Shown: positions 46,399 to 55,578 of the stretch, one piece after another
How the letters are laid out: each line of letters opens with the position of its first letter
Numbering within the stretch: the stretch's first letter is position 1
Assembly: GCA_027365775.1 (NCBI GenBank)
Contig: DAHXLX010000017.1
Coordinates: 26,351 to 90,350 of the forward strand
Length of the DNA stretch: 64,000 nt
Reading direction: 5' to 3'
From: Candidatus Saccharimonadota bacterium
GTDB lineage: Bacteria > Patescibacteriota > Saccharimonadia > Saccharimonadales > UBA4665
Program-made: the position numbers and the translations under genes
Notes under the pieces: generated by a model
What the model was told of the DNA's origin: nothing
What the model saw: only the letters and a program-made list of their open reading frames with translations
The model's database searches: none

Positions 46399-47646
46399 AT
46401 GCAGAGTCTTCTAATTCTTGGCAGACAACCGGCCCTTGGTCTAGCTGAGTTGGAGAGCCTTTATGGACCGGATAAAGTACATCCACTATTACCGGCGGCA
46501 GCCGTACTCGACGTAGATCCATGCATATTGGCATATGACCGGCTTGGCGGCTCGATAAAATTCTGCAAAGTCTTAACCGAATTGGCTGTTTGCGATTGGG
46601 CAGAAATCGAGAGAGTCTTAGTTAAAGTTTCTCCCAAACATAGCCAGTCAATGCCAGCCGGCAAACTACTACTCGGAATAAGCGGTTATGGTTTTTCGGT
46701 TTCCGCAAAACAAATCATGTCAACAGCCATCAAACTCAAACAAGCTATCCGGACCACCGGGCGAAGCGTAAGGGTTATACCCAATAAAGATGCCAGCCTA
46801 AGCAGCGCACAGGTAATACATAATAAGTTAACTAGTCCTAACGGTTGGGAGCTTATTATCGTCAAAGCTGGACAACACAGTATTATTGCCCAGACGGTTA
46901 AAGTTCAGGACATTGCCGGATATGCTAGACGTGATCAGGTCAGGCCGGAAAGAGATACGAGAATCGGTATGTTGCCGCCTAAGTTGGCTCAAATAATCAT
47001 CAACCTAGCGGTTGGTAAACTGACGGCGGAAGCTGCTCAGTCTATTTGCAATACACCGCCCGACCAACCGATAGCTAAAAACCATTTCGACAACACAATA
47101 ATTCTCGACCCGTTTTGTGGAACCGGCGTAGTCCTGCAGGAGGCGTTAATCATGGGCTACGACTGTATCGGCAGCGATATTAGCCCGCGGATGGTTGAAG
47201 CTACCAGAAATAACATTGACTGGCTGTGCAAACTTAAGCCTCCACTGTTGCACAGTCGCGCCAAAGCCATAGTTATGGCCGGTGATGCCGGCAGGACTAA
47301 CTGGCCAAAACCAGTAAGTTTTGTTGCGACCGAAACCTACTTAGGCAAGCCGCTTAGCGTTATACCCTCAGCCAAAATGATGCAATCGATTATTGATGAA
47401 TGCGATCACCTGATCAGACAATTCCTGATAAATATAGCATCTCAATTAACTGCTGGATCCCGATTGTGCCTAGCCGTACCGTGCTGGATAGCAGGGGAAA
47501 ATTTTATACACCTCCCCCTCCTTGACTCTCTTGAGGTAATTGGCTATAATCGTGTGAGTTTTCGGCACGCTTTGAATACGGAATTGATATATTATCGTAA
47601 TCAACAAATTGTTGCCAGAGAGTTGCTTGTTATAAACGTAAGGTAA
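46399..47646 (+). CDS. putative RNA methyltransferase (UPF0020/Trm11-like class I fold)
   Basis: Motif I ILDPFCGTGVVLQEA. The expected (D/N)PPY position reads ATETYLG. Confidence 0.55.
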   Translation: MQSLLILGRQPALGLAELESLYGPDKVHPLLPAAAVLDVDPCILAYDRLGGSIKFCKVLTELAVCDWAEIERVLVKVSPKHSQSMPAGKLLLGISGYGFSVSAKQIMSTAIKLKQAIRTTGRSVRVIPNKDASLSSAQVIHNKLTSPNGWELIIVKAGQHSIIAQTVKVQDIAGYARRDQVRPERDTRIGMLPPKLAQIIINLAVGKLTAEAAQSICNTPPDQPIAKNHFDNTIILDPFCGTGVVLQEALIMGYDCIGSDISPRMVEATRNNIDWLCKLKPPLLHSRAKAIVMAGDAGRTNWPKPVSFVATETYLGKPLSVIPSAKMMQSIIDECDHLIRQFLINIASQLTAGSRLCLAVPCWIAGENFIHLPLLDSLEVIGYNRVSFRHALNTELIYYRNQQIVARELLVINVR

Positions 47647-47650
47647 GCCT

Positions 47651-47953
47651 ATGTCCCACGTAAAAGCCGGCGGTACAGCCAAAAACATCCATGATTCACC
47701 AGGCCAACGGCTTGGCGTCAAACTATACGGTGGCCAACAGGTTAAAGTCGGCCAAGTAATTGTCCGACAAGTCGGCATGACTAAACGAGCCGGCGCCGGT
47801 ACACTTATGAGTCGTAACTATACCATCCATGCAGCAAAAAACGGTATCGTCCAGTTCAAAACCCGGAAAGTACGACTTTTTTCCGGTAAATCCGTTCGGC
47901 GAACAGAGGTCAGTGTAATTTCGGTTTTTCTAAGACACGACGTCACCGATTAG
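47651..47953 (+). CDS. rpmA: 50S ribosomal protein L27
   Basis: HVKAGGTAKNIHDSPGQRLGVKLYGGQQV...IVRQ.G matches the L27 signature. Confidence 0.9.
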   Translation: MSHVKAGGTAKNIHDSPGQRLGVKLYGGQQVKVGQVIVRQVGMTKRAGAGTLMSRNYTIHAAKNGIVQFKTRKVRLFSGKSVRRTEVSVISVFLRHDVTD

Positions 47954-48351
47954 TTCTCTAGATGGTGCCTGATCCGATCAATTACATCCGCAATTACTAC
48001 TTGCGACTTTACAAGGTACTCATCGACACCTAAACTCTCTGCCCGCTGTTTATCACTTTCCTGGCTTAATGCCGTGAGCATGATAACTTTAAGATTAGCG
48101 GTTTCCGGCGTATTCCTCAGTATATCCAGTACATCAAAACCACTAACCTTCGGCATCATTACGTCCAACAACACCAAGTCCGGATGGTAGCTAAGTGCTG
48201 CCGCCAACGCATCCTCACCGTTAGCTACTCGACGTACGTCAAAACCTTCAGCTTGTATCCGAGTTACATAGACATTGGCTAAAGCGTCGTCATCCTCTAC
48301 AAGCAGTATCCGTTTGGGGTTTTTATTTCCGCCGGCTGGTTGTTCATCCAT
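47950..48351 (-). CDS. response regulator, receiver domain only
   Basis: Canonical VEDDD, LLDVMMPKVSG, MLTA and VKS motifs. It looks like a close paralog of the receiver of 18515-19858. Confidence 0.85.
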   Translation of the reverse strand: MDEQPAGGNKNPKRILLVEDDDALANVYVTRIQAEGFDVRRVANGEDALAAALSYHPDLVLLDVMMPKVSGFDVLDILRNTPETANLKVIMLTALSQESDKQRAESLGVDEYLVKSQVVIADVIDRIRHHLEN

Positions 48352-48366
48352 AATGCTAAAGCTACC

Positions 48367-49983
48367 TTATTTATCCATATTTTGCAAGGCAGCTTTAACC
48401 AGACCATCAAATAATGGATGAGGCCTAGTCGGCCTAGACTTAAATTCAGGGTGAAATTGGGTAGCCACAAAGAACCGGTGATTGATCCCTTCTATAACTT
48501 CTATTAAGCCGGTTTCCGGATTGATTCCGACCGCTCTTATACCCCAACGCTCATATTCAGCAGCATACTTAGGATTACATTCATAACGATGGCGGTGTCT
48601 TTCAACAATAGCCGTTTTGCCATACAGCTTTGCTGCCAGACTGTCTTTAGTCAAACGACAGTCGTAGTTACCCAAACGCATTGTCCCGCCTGTATTCTCT
48701 TTGCCTTTCTGATCCGTCATCGTATCGATTACCGGATCAGGAGTGTTCGGATCTACTTCCGTCGTATTGGCTTGCTTAAGGCCATTTAACCTAGCAGCAG
48801 CTATAACCGCCATGTGCAACCCATAACATAGTCCCAAATAAGGTAAATTATTGGTAAGAGCATACTCGGCGGCAATTATTTTTCCGTTTACGCCACGACT
48901 GCCGAACCCGCCCGGCACTACGATGGCATTACAGCTTGCCAGAGCTTCGCTGGGGTTTCTTGCGTCACCAAGCTTAACGGCATCCACCCAAACTATCTCT
49001 AAGTCTGTTTCGTTGGACCAAGCCGCCGCCTTTAATGCCTCAAAAACAGACATATAAGTATCGGTATTGTCCATATATTTAGCGACCACTCCTACGGTAA
49101 TCTTTTTGTCGTAAGCAGTCGTTGCCCGCTTAACCATCGACCGCCATGCTTTTAGATCAGCCGGTTGACGGTATTTTATGCCTAACTTATTAATAATGAC
49201 TTTGGCAATCCCGCTGTCTTCCAAGGTTAAAGGTACTTCATAAATAGTTCGCGCGTTAGGCAATAAAGCGATCGCATCTTCGTTTACGCCCGAGAATAAA
49301 CTGAGTTTTCTGGTGGCAGCTCCATTGGTTTGAACTTCACTTCTGGCGACAAGTATATCCGGCAAGATACCCAAACCCCTTAGCTCGCGGACTGAATTCT
49401 GTGCCGGTTTAGTCTTTATTTCGTGACTGGCCGACAAGTACGGCAGATATACAACATGAACAAACAGACAATTTTCGCGGCCTACCTTTATCGAGAACTC
49501 TCTAATTGCCTCTATAAAACTTAGCGACTCGTAATCCCCTACGGTGCCGCCTATTTCGACAATGTGTATATCGTAGCCCTGACCGGCAACATATATATAC
49601 TGCTGGATGGCATTAGTCAGGTGGGGGATTATCTGCACATCATCGCCATTGTATTTCCCGGCTCTTTCGTCCTGTATAACCTTAGCCAAAACCCTACCTG
49701 CCATTAACGAGCTGTCTTTGGTCATCTCTTCGTCAGTAAACCGCTCATAATGCCCCAGGTCCAAATCGGTTTCCGCACCATCTCGGGTGACAAAACATTC
49801 GCCATGTTCCCTAGGATTCAACAAGCCGGCGTCAACATTGAGATAGGGATCGCATTTTTGCAGGTTAACTTTCAATCCCCTTGCTCGTAAGAGGTTGCCA
49901 ATAGAGGCGGCAGTAATACCCTTGCCTAACCCGGATAACACCCCACCGGTTACAAATATGTATTTGGTATGGCCTTCAGCCAC
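48367..49983 (-). CDS. pyrG: CTP synthase
   Basis: KYIFVTGGVLSGLGKGI and GLCYG (the glutaminase Cys). The size is typical. Confidence 0.95.
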   Translation of the reverse strand: MAEGHTKYIFVTGGVLSGLGKGITAASIGNLLRARGLKVNLQKCDPYLNVDAGLLNPREHGECFVTRDGAETDLDLGHYERFTDEEMTKDSSLMAGRVLAKVIQDERAGKYNGDDVQIIPHLTNAIQQYIYVAGQGYDIHIVEIGGTVGDYESLSFIEAIREFSIKVGRENCLFVHVVYLPYLSASHEIKTKPAQNSVRELRGLGILPDILVARSEVQTNGAATRKLSLFSGVNEDAIALLPNARTIYEVPLTLEDSGIAKVIINKLGIKYRQPADLKAWRSMVKRATTAYDKKITVGVVAKYMDNTDTYMSVFEALKAAAWSNETDLEIVWVDAVKLGDARNPSEALASCNAIVVPGGFGSRGVNGKIIAAEYALTNNLPYLGLCYGLHMAVIAAARLNGLKQANTTEVDPNTPDPVIDTMTDQKGKENTGGTMRLGNYDCRLTKDSLAAKLYGKTAIVERHRHRYECNPKYAAEYERWGIRAVGINPETGLIEVIEGINHRFFVATQFHPEFKSRPTRPHPLFDGLVKAALQNMDK

Positions 49984-50059
49984 TTTTTCAACCTCTCTAC
50001 GTAACCTATCTATTTAACCAAAATACTACCATAAACTCCTTATAAGCAACAAGCTTATC

Positions 50060-51250
50060 TTAATGATTATTCAAATAAGCCTCTGCCGCTGCTAATTGAT
50101 TATCCGATTTACCGTTATACTTAACGATTTGATCGGGCGTAATGCCGATCTTATTTATGTCTTGGCCGTCCGGCCGATACCAGGCGGCTATGGTCACTTT
50201 CAGTTCGCCGCCGTCTGAAAGATTAAGTAATGCCTGAACGACACCCTTGCCAAAGGTTTTGGTACCGATTATGTAGGCGTCATGGTTGTCATGCAGCGCA
50301 CCGGCCGTAATCTCGCTTGCGGAAGCCGATCCGCCATTGACCAACACAACAGTCGGTATACCATTCAATATATCGCCGCCAGTTGCCCGATAGGTCTTTA
50401 CAACTTGACTCCCCCGCCTTTCCTGCATAATCTCCTGGCCCGGTTTAAGCCACTCACTGGCGGTCGCCACCGCAGAGGTAACTAAACCACCAGGATTATC
50501 CCGAAGATCGAGAATTATCCCCTTGACATGATGATTAACCATGCTCTGAGCAGCCTGTTGAATCAGACCACTGGTATCGTTCGCGAAGGTAATTATTGAA
50601 ATATAACCGATATTGCCGCTAAGAATCTTGTAGGAGACACTCGGCACGGTAATATTCTGACGTTCAATTGACACGTTAAATACGTTATTGCCTCTTGCTA
50701 TTGTCAATTTAACTTCCGTACCGGCTTTACCGCGGATTGCATCAACTGCTTGGGTGACCGTCATATTGGCCGTCGAATTGCCATTGATGTCCGCTATGAT
50801 ATCCTTCGCCTGCAAGCCTGCTTTAGCTGCCGGATAACCCTTTAATGGCGACATGACTTCAATTTCGCCACTACTATTCTGGCTAAGCTCAGCTCCGATA
50901 CCGCCGAAAGAATTGTTTAGCTCGTTGTTGAATGATTTAGCTTCAGCCGATGTGAAATATTCGGTATAGGGATCGTTGGCAGCTTGTGCTAGGCCATGTT
51001 TCAGGCCGTTTAAGAGTTGGCTTTGAGTAAGTTTACCATCGTAATTATCTATCAATGCCCGGTATTCCTGGGTCACCGAAGAATAGTTAAGCGTGCCGGG
51101 TAGCCCATTGTTTAACCCGCCGGAAGAGAACCGAATATTGCCATTACCAACGTTTAACCCGATTAGGAACGCGGCGCCGACAACGGCCAACGCTACTACA
51201 GCGGTAATCAGGTATCGCCACGAATCAATAAAACGCTTATTTAAATTCAT
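50060..51250 (-). CDS. S41 family carboxy-terminal processing peptidase
   Basis: PDZ region (GGIGAEL...SPLKGYPAAKAGL), LRDNPGG, VNGGSASASEI and TFGKG motifs. Confidence 0.88.
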   Translation of the reverse strand: MNLNKRFIDSWRYLITAVVALAVVGAAFLIGLNVGNGNIRFSSGGLNNGLPGTLNYSSVTQEYRALIDNYDGKLTQSQLLNGLKHGLAQAANDPYTEYFTSAEAKSFNNELNNSFGGIGAELSQNSSGEIEVMSPLKGYPAAKAGLQAKDIIADINGNSTANMTVTQAVDAIRGKAGTEVKLTIARGNNVFNVSIERQNITVPSVSYKILSGNIGYISIITFANDTSGLIQQAAQSMVNHHVKGIILDLRDNPGGLVTSAVATASEWLKPGQEIMQERRGSQVVKTYRATGGDILNGIPTVVLVNGGSASASEITAGALHDNHDAYIIGTKTFGKGVVQALLNLSDGGELKVTIAAWYRPDGQDINKIGITPDQIVKYNGKSDNQLAAAEAYLNNH

Positions 51251-51337
51251 TGTCTGCTTAATCGGGGCACTGACTCTAGAGCCCGTATAATCCTCTATTG
51301 TTTATATTGTAAGCAATCGACGGCAGTTTGGATAGAC

Positions 51338-52630
51338 CTATTGCGGGTTAATATACATCAGATAATTTACCGGCCAAAAATTGTACATGAAGTGCCCGGC
51401 TTCATCTTCATTCATACTCATTACCAATACGTCGCCTTGTGGAACAGTTACTCCAGCCACATTACTGGTGTACGGGAAATGTCCGTCGTATGTAGTACCC
51501 GGCAAAGCTAAAACAATCATTACATGGCCATAATAACCGCCATGAAGACTTGGCACGGGAGCATTCAAGGCACTAGACGGTTCGACGCCAATCGCTCCCG
51601 GTTGAACATTCGGGTAAGTTGAAACAGCATAATTGCTAGTTTCCCACCACCAACCGGCATTGCCATTAACCTGAAATCCAGATTGACCTTCTTCACTGGT
51701 AAAGTACCAGTTGGCAAACGAAGTGCATTCTCGGTTCGGGAATCCGGCCGCATCGACAATAGCATCTTGCGGAGAGTCACAGAGGCTGGACGGATAGCCA
51801 CCGTTGCCATAGCCAATATCACAGGCGCCACCCCCGCCACTTGACGGAGCAATATCTACCGATCTGGCGACCGCCGCATTGGCGGCAGCCTGCTCGGCCC
51901 TTAATGTTGCAATCTCGTTATTGTTGGCGGCAAGCTGGGCGTTATAGGCAGATTGTTGCTGTTGATTCATTGCCAGCAACTGGTTTTGTTGAGACTCGTC
52001 ATTATTTAGCTGTGCCTGCTGGGCTTGCTCAGTTTTCAGCAAGGCAGCCACCTGATTTTTGTTTTGTTGAGCTTGGTCTTGAAGCTGCTTGATGGTTTTT
52101 AACAGACCATCCAGTTGGTCTTGGACCTTGATATCATCTTCCTGTTTATTGACAAACATACTTAAGCTCTGACTGGTTGCCAGCTGCTCAATCATCGTCA
52201 TTTGACCTTGAACATACATGGTCTTCAAGTCGTCTGCCAGATAGCTTTTGTTCAACGCTATCTTTTCCTGATCCTGTTGTATTTCCAGCTGATATTCAGC
52301 TTGTTTTTGCTGGTTGGCCGCGATGCTGTTTTCAATCGCGGTTATCTGATTCTGATAAGCTGTGATAGCCTGTTGATAATTGTTGGCTTGGACTTGCAGG
52401 CCGTTAATTAGACTCTGTGTTTGAGCATTCTGACCATTCAAGCTATTAATTTGTGCCTGATAGTTAGTGGCCTTGACTGCCGGAGACAGACAGAAAGCGA
52501 GTATAAGCACACTAAGACCCATGGCAGCGAAGCCGGATCGGGCGCGCTTAATTATGTGAGGCTTCAGATCTTTTTTCATTTGCGGATTTTTATTTTCTAT
52601 CCGTATATTAACTATACCACGCTCCGTCAA
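51338..52630 (-). CDS. coiled-coil plus CHAP-domain peptidoglycan hydrolase (PcsB-like architecture)
   Basis: A signal/TM segment, a ~210-aa Gln-rich coiled-coil, then a CHAP-like C-terminus with Cys (NRECTSFANWY) and His (YGHVMIV). An alternative start is at 52579. Confidence 0.7.
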   Translation of the reverse strand: MTERGIVNIRIENKNPQMKKDLKPHIIKRARSGFAAMGLSVLILAFCLSPAVKATNYQAQINSLNGQNAQTQSLINGLQVQANNYQQAITAYQNQITAIENSIAANQQKQAEYQLEIQQDQEKIALNKSYLADDLKTMYVQGQMTMIEQLATSQSLSMFVNKQEDDIKVQDQLDGLLKTIKQLQDQAQQNKNQVAALLKTEQAQQAQLNNDESQQNQLLAMNQQQQSAYNAQLAANNNEIATLRAEQAAANAAVARSVDIAPSSGGGGACDIGYGNGGYPSSLCDSPQDAIVDAAGFPNRECTSFANWYFTSEEGQSGFQVNGNAGWWWETSNYAVSTYPNVQPGAIGVEPSSALNAPVPSLHGGYYGHVMIVLALPGTTYDGHFPYTSNVAGVTVPQGDVLVMSMNEDEAGHFMYNFWPVNYLMYINPQ

Positions 52631-52790
52631 AGATTTACACCTTTCGTTAATAACCCCTTCATGGAATAGTTGTTACATAGGCATAACCTCAATTCAGAGT
52701 ACAACTAACCTATCTGGCGTTTAACCGCCAGCGGTTATTTGTCACTAATTATTACTTCCCACTGCTATAGTTGATTGCTTAGAATTTAAT

Positions 52791-53738
52791 TTACTTGGTT
52801 TTAAATTTTAGATACCGTCTGGTCGCTATTAAAGATGACACGGCTCCTATAACAATACCAAGGCTCAACTGTATGGTCAACAGCAACAGAAAACGATTGT
52901 CAAAAAAACTATTCGCATAACCGATATCGAGTAAGCCTAAGCTGCTGGCTTGAAGAGTGCCGCTGCTGGCCTGAAAGGACGCATTGATAATCAATATAGA
53001 TATTATGGCCGATAATAAGCCGTAAACAATCGACTCGACAATGAACGGACCACGGATATACCAGGTTCCAGCACCCAACAACCGCATAATTTGAATTTCG
53101 TCACGACGATTAAAAATTGCCATCTGAATAGTGTTGAAAATAATCAATACACTGACTACCGCAAATATGATCACCGCCACAACTCCGATTTCCTGGAGTA
53201 CGTTGGTCGCATGAGTGATGCGATCTATGGCTTCTTTTTCCTGGCCGCTATAGCTGGGCGGATCGGTTTGTAGCGCACTGATTGATGGTTCAGACAAAAA
53301 ATTTTTAATCGAACTAAGATTATTCAAATTCCGGGGTTTGATTATAATTGTCGCTGGAATCGGATTGGATGTCTCGTTAACGGCTTGGAGTAGCTGTTGG
53401 TTTGACGAATTCTGGCTTTCATATTCGGCCAATGCCTGAGCTTTAGACAAATACTGGACGGTTTGAACGTTCGGCTGGGCTTTAATCTCACTGATTAGCT
53501 TGTCGGTCTGCGATTGCGTCACCCGGTTTTTCAAATAGACCGAAACGTCGATTTTATTTGTTATCTGGGAGATGGTGTGCGAAAAAGTATAGTTTACAAT
53601 AATCGAAAACAAAACGATAGTCAAGGTTACAACCATAATCGCCATAGCGGCAATGGCCAGCGATAAATTACGGATAAAGTTAACAAGGCCGGTATGAATC
53701 ACCCGCCACAAGGTTATTAGTTTTCGTTTACCCCTCAC
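52791..53738 (-). CDS. ftsX: cell division permease-like protein FtsX
   Basis: TM1, a large extracellular loop and three C-terminal TMs. It lies directly downstream of ftsE. Confidence 0.85.
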   Translation of the reverse strand: MRGKRKLITLWRVIHTGLVNFIRNLSLAIAAMAIMVVTLTIVLFSIIVNYTFSHTISQITNKIDVSVYLKNRVTQSQTDKLISEIKAQPNVQTVQYLSKAQALAEYESQNSSNQQLLQAVNETSNPIPATIIIKPRNLNNLSSIKNFLSEPSISALQTDPPSYSGQEKEAIDRITHATNVLQEIGVVAVIIFAVVSVLIIFNTIQMAIFNRRDEIQIMRLLGAGTWYIRGPFIVESIVYGLLSAIISILIINASFQASSGTLQASSLGLLDIGYANSFFDNRFLLLLTIQLSLGIVIGAVSSLIATRRYLKFKTK

Positions 53739-53765
53739 CTTATCACCGTTTCTATAAATATTTCC

Positions 53766-54449
53766 TTATATCTTATAGCCTGCATTAGCTCGATCGCTGA
53801 TTATTTTTCCGTCTTTCAACGTTACTACCCTACGCTTCAGCCGGTTAACAATATCCTGATTGTGGGTTGTCAGCAAAACCGTAGTGCCGAATCGATTGAT
53901 CTTTTCCAGAATTTTAATTACATCCCAGGCATGTTTCGGATCCAGGTTACCGGTTGGCTCATCGGCGATTAAGATCCTCGGCTGCCTAACAATCGCTCTT
54001 GCAATAGCAACCCGTTGTTTCTCACCGCCACTTAGCTGCATCGGCATACTATCTTCTTTTCCGATCAAGTTCACAATATCCAACACCTTCGGTACAGTAT
54101 TACGAATTTCCTTATTTCCCATGCCTACCATTTCCAGGGCATAGGCGACATTCTCGAATATTGTTTTGTTCGGTAGTAGTTTGAAGTCTTGGAATACAAC
54201 CCCTATCTTGCGTCTTAATAGAGGTATTTCCCTGTCCTTAAGCTTATCATAATCAATGCCGCCGACAATTATCTTCCCAGAAGTCTGTCTTTCTTCGCGT
54301 GTCAGCAACCTCAAAAGCGTGGTTTTACCGGCGCCGCTCTGGCCGACAACGATAACAAACTCTTTTGGATCAACATGCAGACTGATGCGATCCAGTGACG
54401 GCTTGCTACCCCGAGAGTATGTTTTACTTACCCTATCAAGTAAAATCAT
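53766..54449 (-). CDS. ftsE: cell division ATP-binding protein FtsE
   Basis: Walker A GQSGAGKTT, signature LSGGEKQR and Walker B ILIADEPTG. Confidence 0.9.
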   Translation of the reverse strand: MILLDRVSKTYSRGSKPSLDRISLHVDPKEFVIVVGQSGAGKTTLLRLLTREERQTSGKIIVGGIDYDKLKDREIPLLRRKIGVVFQDFKLLPNKTIFENVAYALEMVGMGNKEIRNTVPKVLDIVNLIGKEDSMPMQLSGGEKQRVAIARAIVRQPRILIADEPTGNLDPKHAWDVIKILEKINRFGTTVLLTTHNQDIVNRLKRRVVTLKDGKIISDRANAGYKI

Positions 54450-54469
54450 TCATAAAATTATAGCATGAA

Positions 54470-55570
54470 CTACGCTGTTTTATCTGTTAGATTCTCGGAT
54501 AAATTGTATTCCAAAAAAGATTTTATTAACGGGTCTAAATTACCTGCCAATACGCCGTCTACATCGCTGGTTTCATATCTGGTGCGCAGATCCTTAACTT
54601 GCTTATAAGGATGTAGCACATAACTCCTAATCTGATTTCCCCATTCTGCCGATTGGTTCGGTCCTTTGATTTGGCTGATCCCCTGCGCCTGCTGTTCCAT
54701 TTTTAGCCGGGCTAAACGTGATCTGAGGATTGTCATTGCCGTTTCCTTATTCTGCAATTGACTGCGTTCATTTTGAATCGAGACTGTTATTCCGGTTGGC
54801 GTATGAGTTAGCCGGACAGCCGAATCGGTAGTGTTGACCGATTGGCCGCCGTGCCCGCCGCTCCTATAGACATCGACTTTAATGTCCTTGTCATCAATCT
54901 CAACCTCATTCTGAGAATCAATCTTGGGTGTTACTTCTACCTTAGCGAAGCTGGTCTGCCTTAAGTTGTCGGCATTATACGGACTTAACCGGACCAGTCG
55001 GTGGACGCCATGTTCGCTCACTAATTTACCATACACGAAATCGTCACCATCAACTTCTACTACGATGCTTTTCAACCCGGCTTCTTCCCCTGGTGATTCT
55101 TCGTCAATCACATATTTCCAGCCTCTTTTGTCAAAATATCGACTATACATTCTGAATAACATTTGTGTCCAGTCTTGAGCATCTGTACCGCCGGCGCCGG
55201 CTGATATAGTAATAATAGCGCCATGATCATCATATGGCCCCGACAACATTAAATCCTGTGTCAGGTCAGCAAACTCGGTAGCCAGCGTATCAAGACTGTT
55301 TTTAATTTCCTTTTGTAAGCTGGCATCTTTAAGTGACGCAAGTTCTACCAGGTCATTTGCCGCAGTAATTAATTTTTTCCACGGCCCTATCCGAGCTTGC
55401 AACTTCGCTATGCGCTGCATAACGTATGCGGCGTGCTTAGTGTTCTCCCAAAAGCCCGTATGGCTGCTTTCCTGTTCCAAACGATGCAACTCACCAGCTA
55501 AATCATTAATTTTGATCCGTTCCGCTGCCGAATCTATTTGTTTTTTAAGATTGGCTACTTCTATTTCCAC
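54470..55570 (-). CDS. prfB: peptide chain release factor 2 (single uninterrupted ORF)
   Basis: GGQ motif (SGGHGGQSVNTTDSAV) and an SPF-equivalent region (RLSPYNADNLRQTSFA). GTG start. It is full length at 366 aa with no frameshift. Confidence 0.9.
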   Translation of the reverse strand: MEIEVANLKKQIDSAAERIKINDLAGELHRLEQESSHTGFWENTKHAAYVMQRIAKLQARIGPWKKLITAANDLVELASLKDASLQKEIKNSLDTLATEFADLTQDLMLSGPYDDHGAIITISAGAGGTDAQDWTQMLFRMYSRYFDKRGWKYVIDEESPGEEAGLKSIVVEVDGDDFVYGKLVSEHGVHRLVRLSPYNADNLRQTSFAKVEVTPKIDSQNEVEIDDKDIKVDVYRSGGHGGQSVNTTDSAVRLTHTPTGITVSIQNERSQLQNKETAMTILRSRLARLKMEQQAQGISQIKGPNQSAEWGNQIRSYVLHPYKQVKDLRTRYETSDVDGVLAGNLDPLIKSFLEYNLSENLTDKTA

Positions 55571-55578
55571 GGATAACC

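Noticed and set aside
54470-55570. A programmed +1 frameshift or pseudogene status for prfB.
   Set aside because: The ORF is uninterrupted and full length from a GTG start with an AAGG SD.
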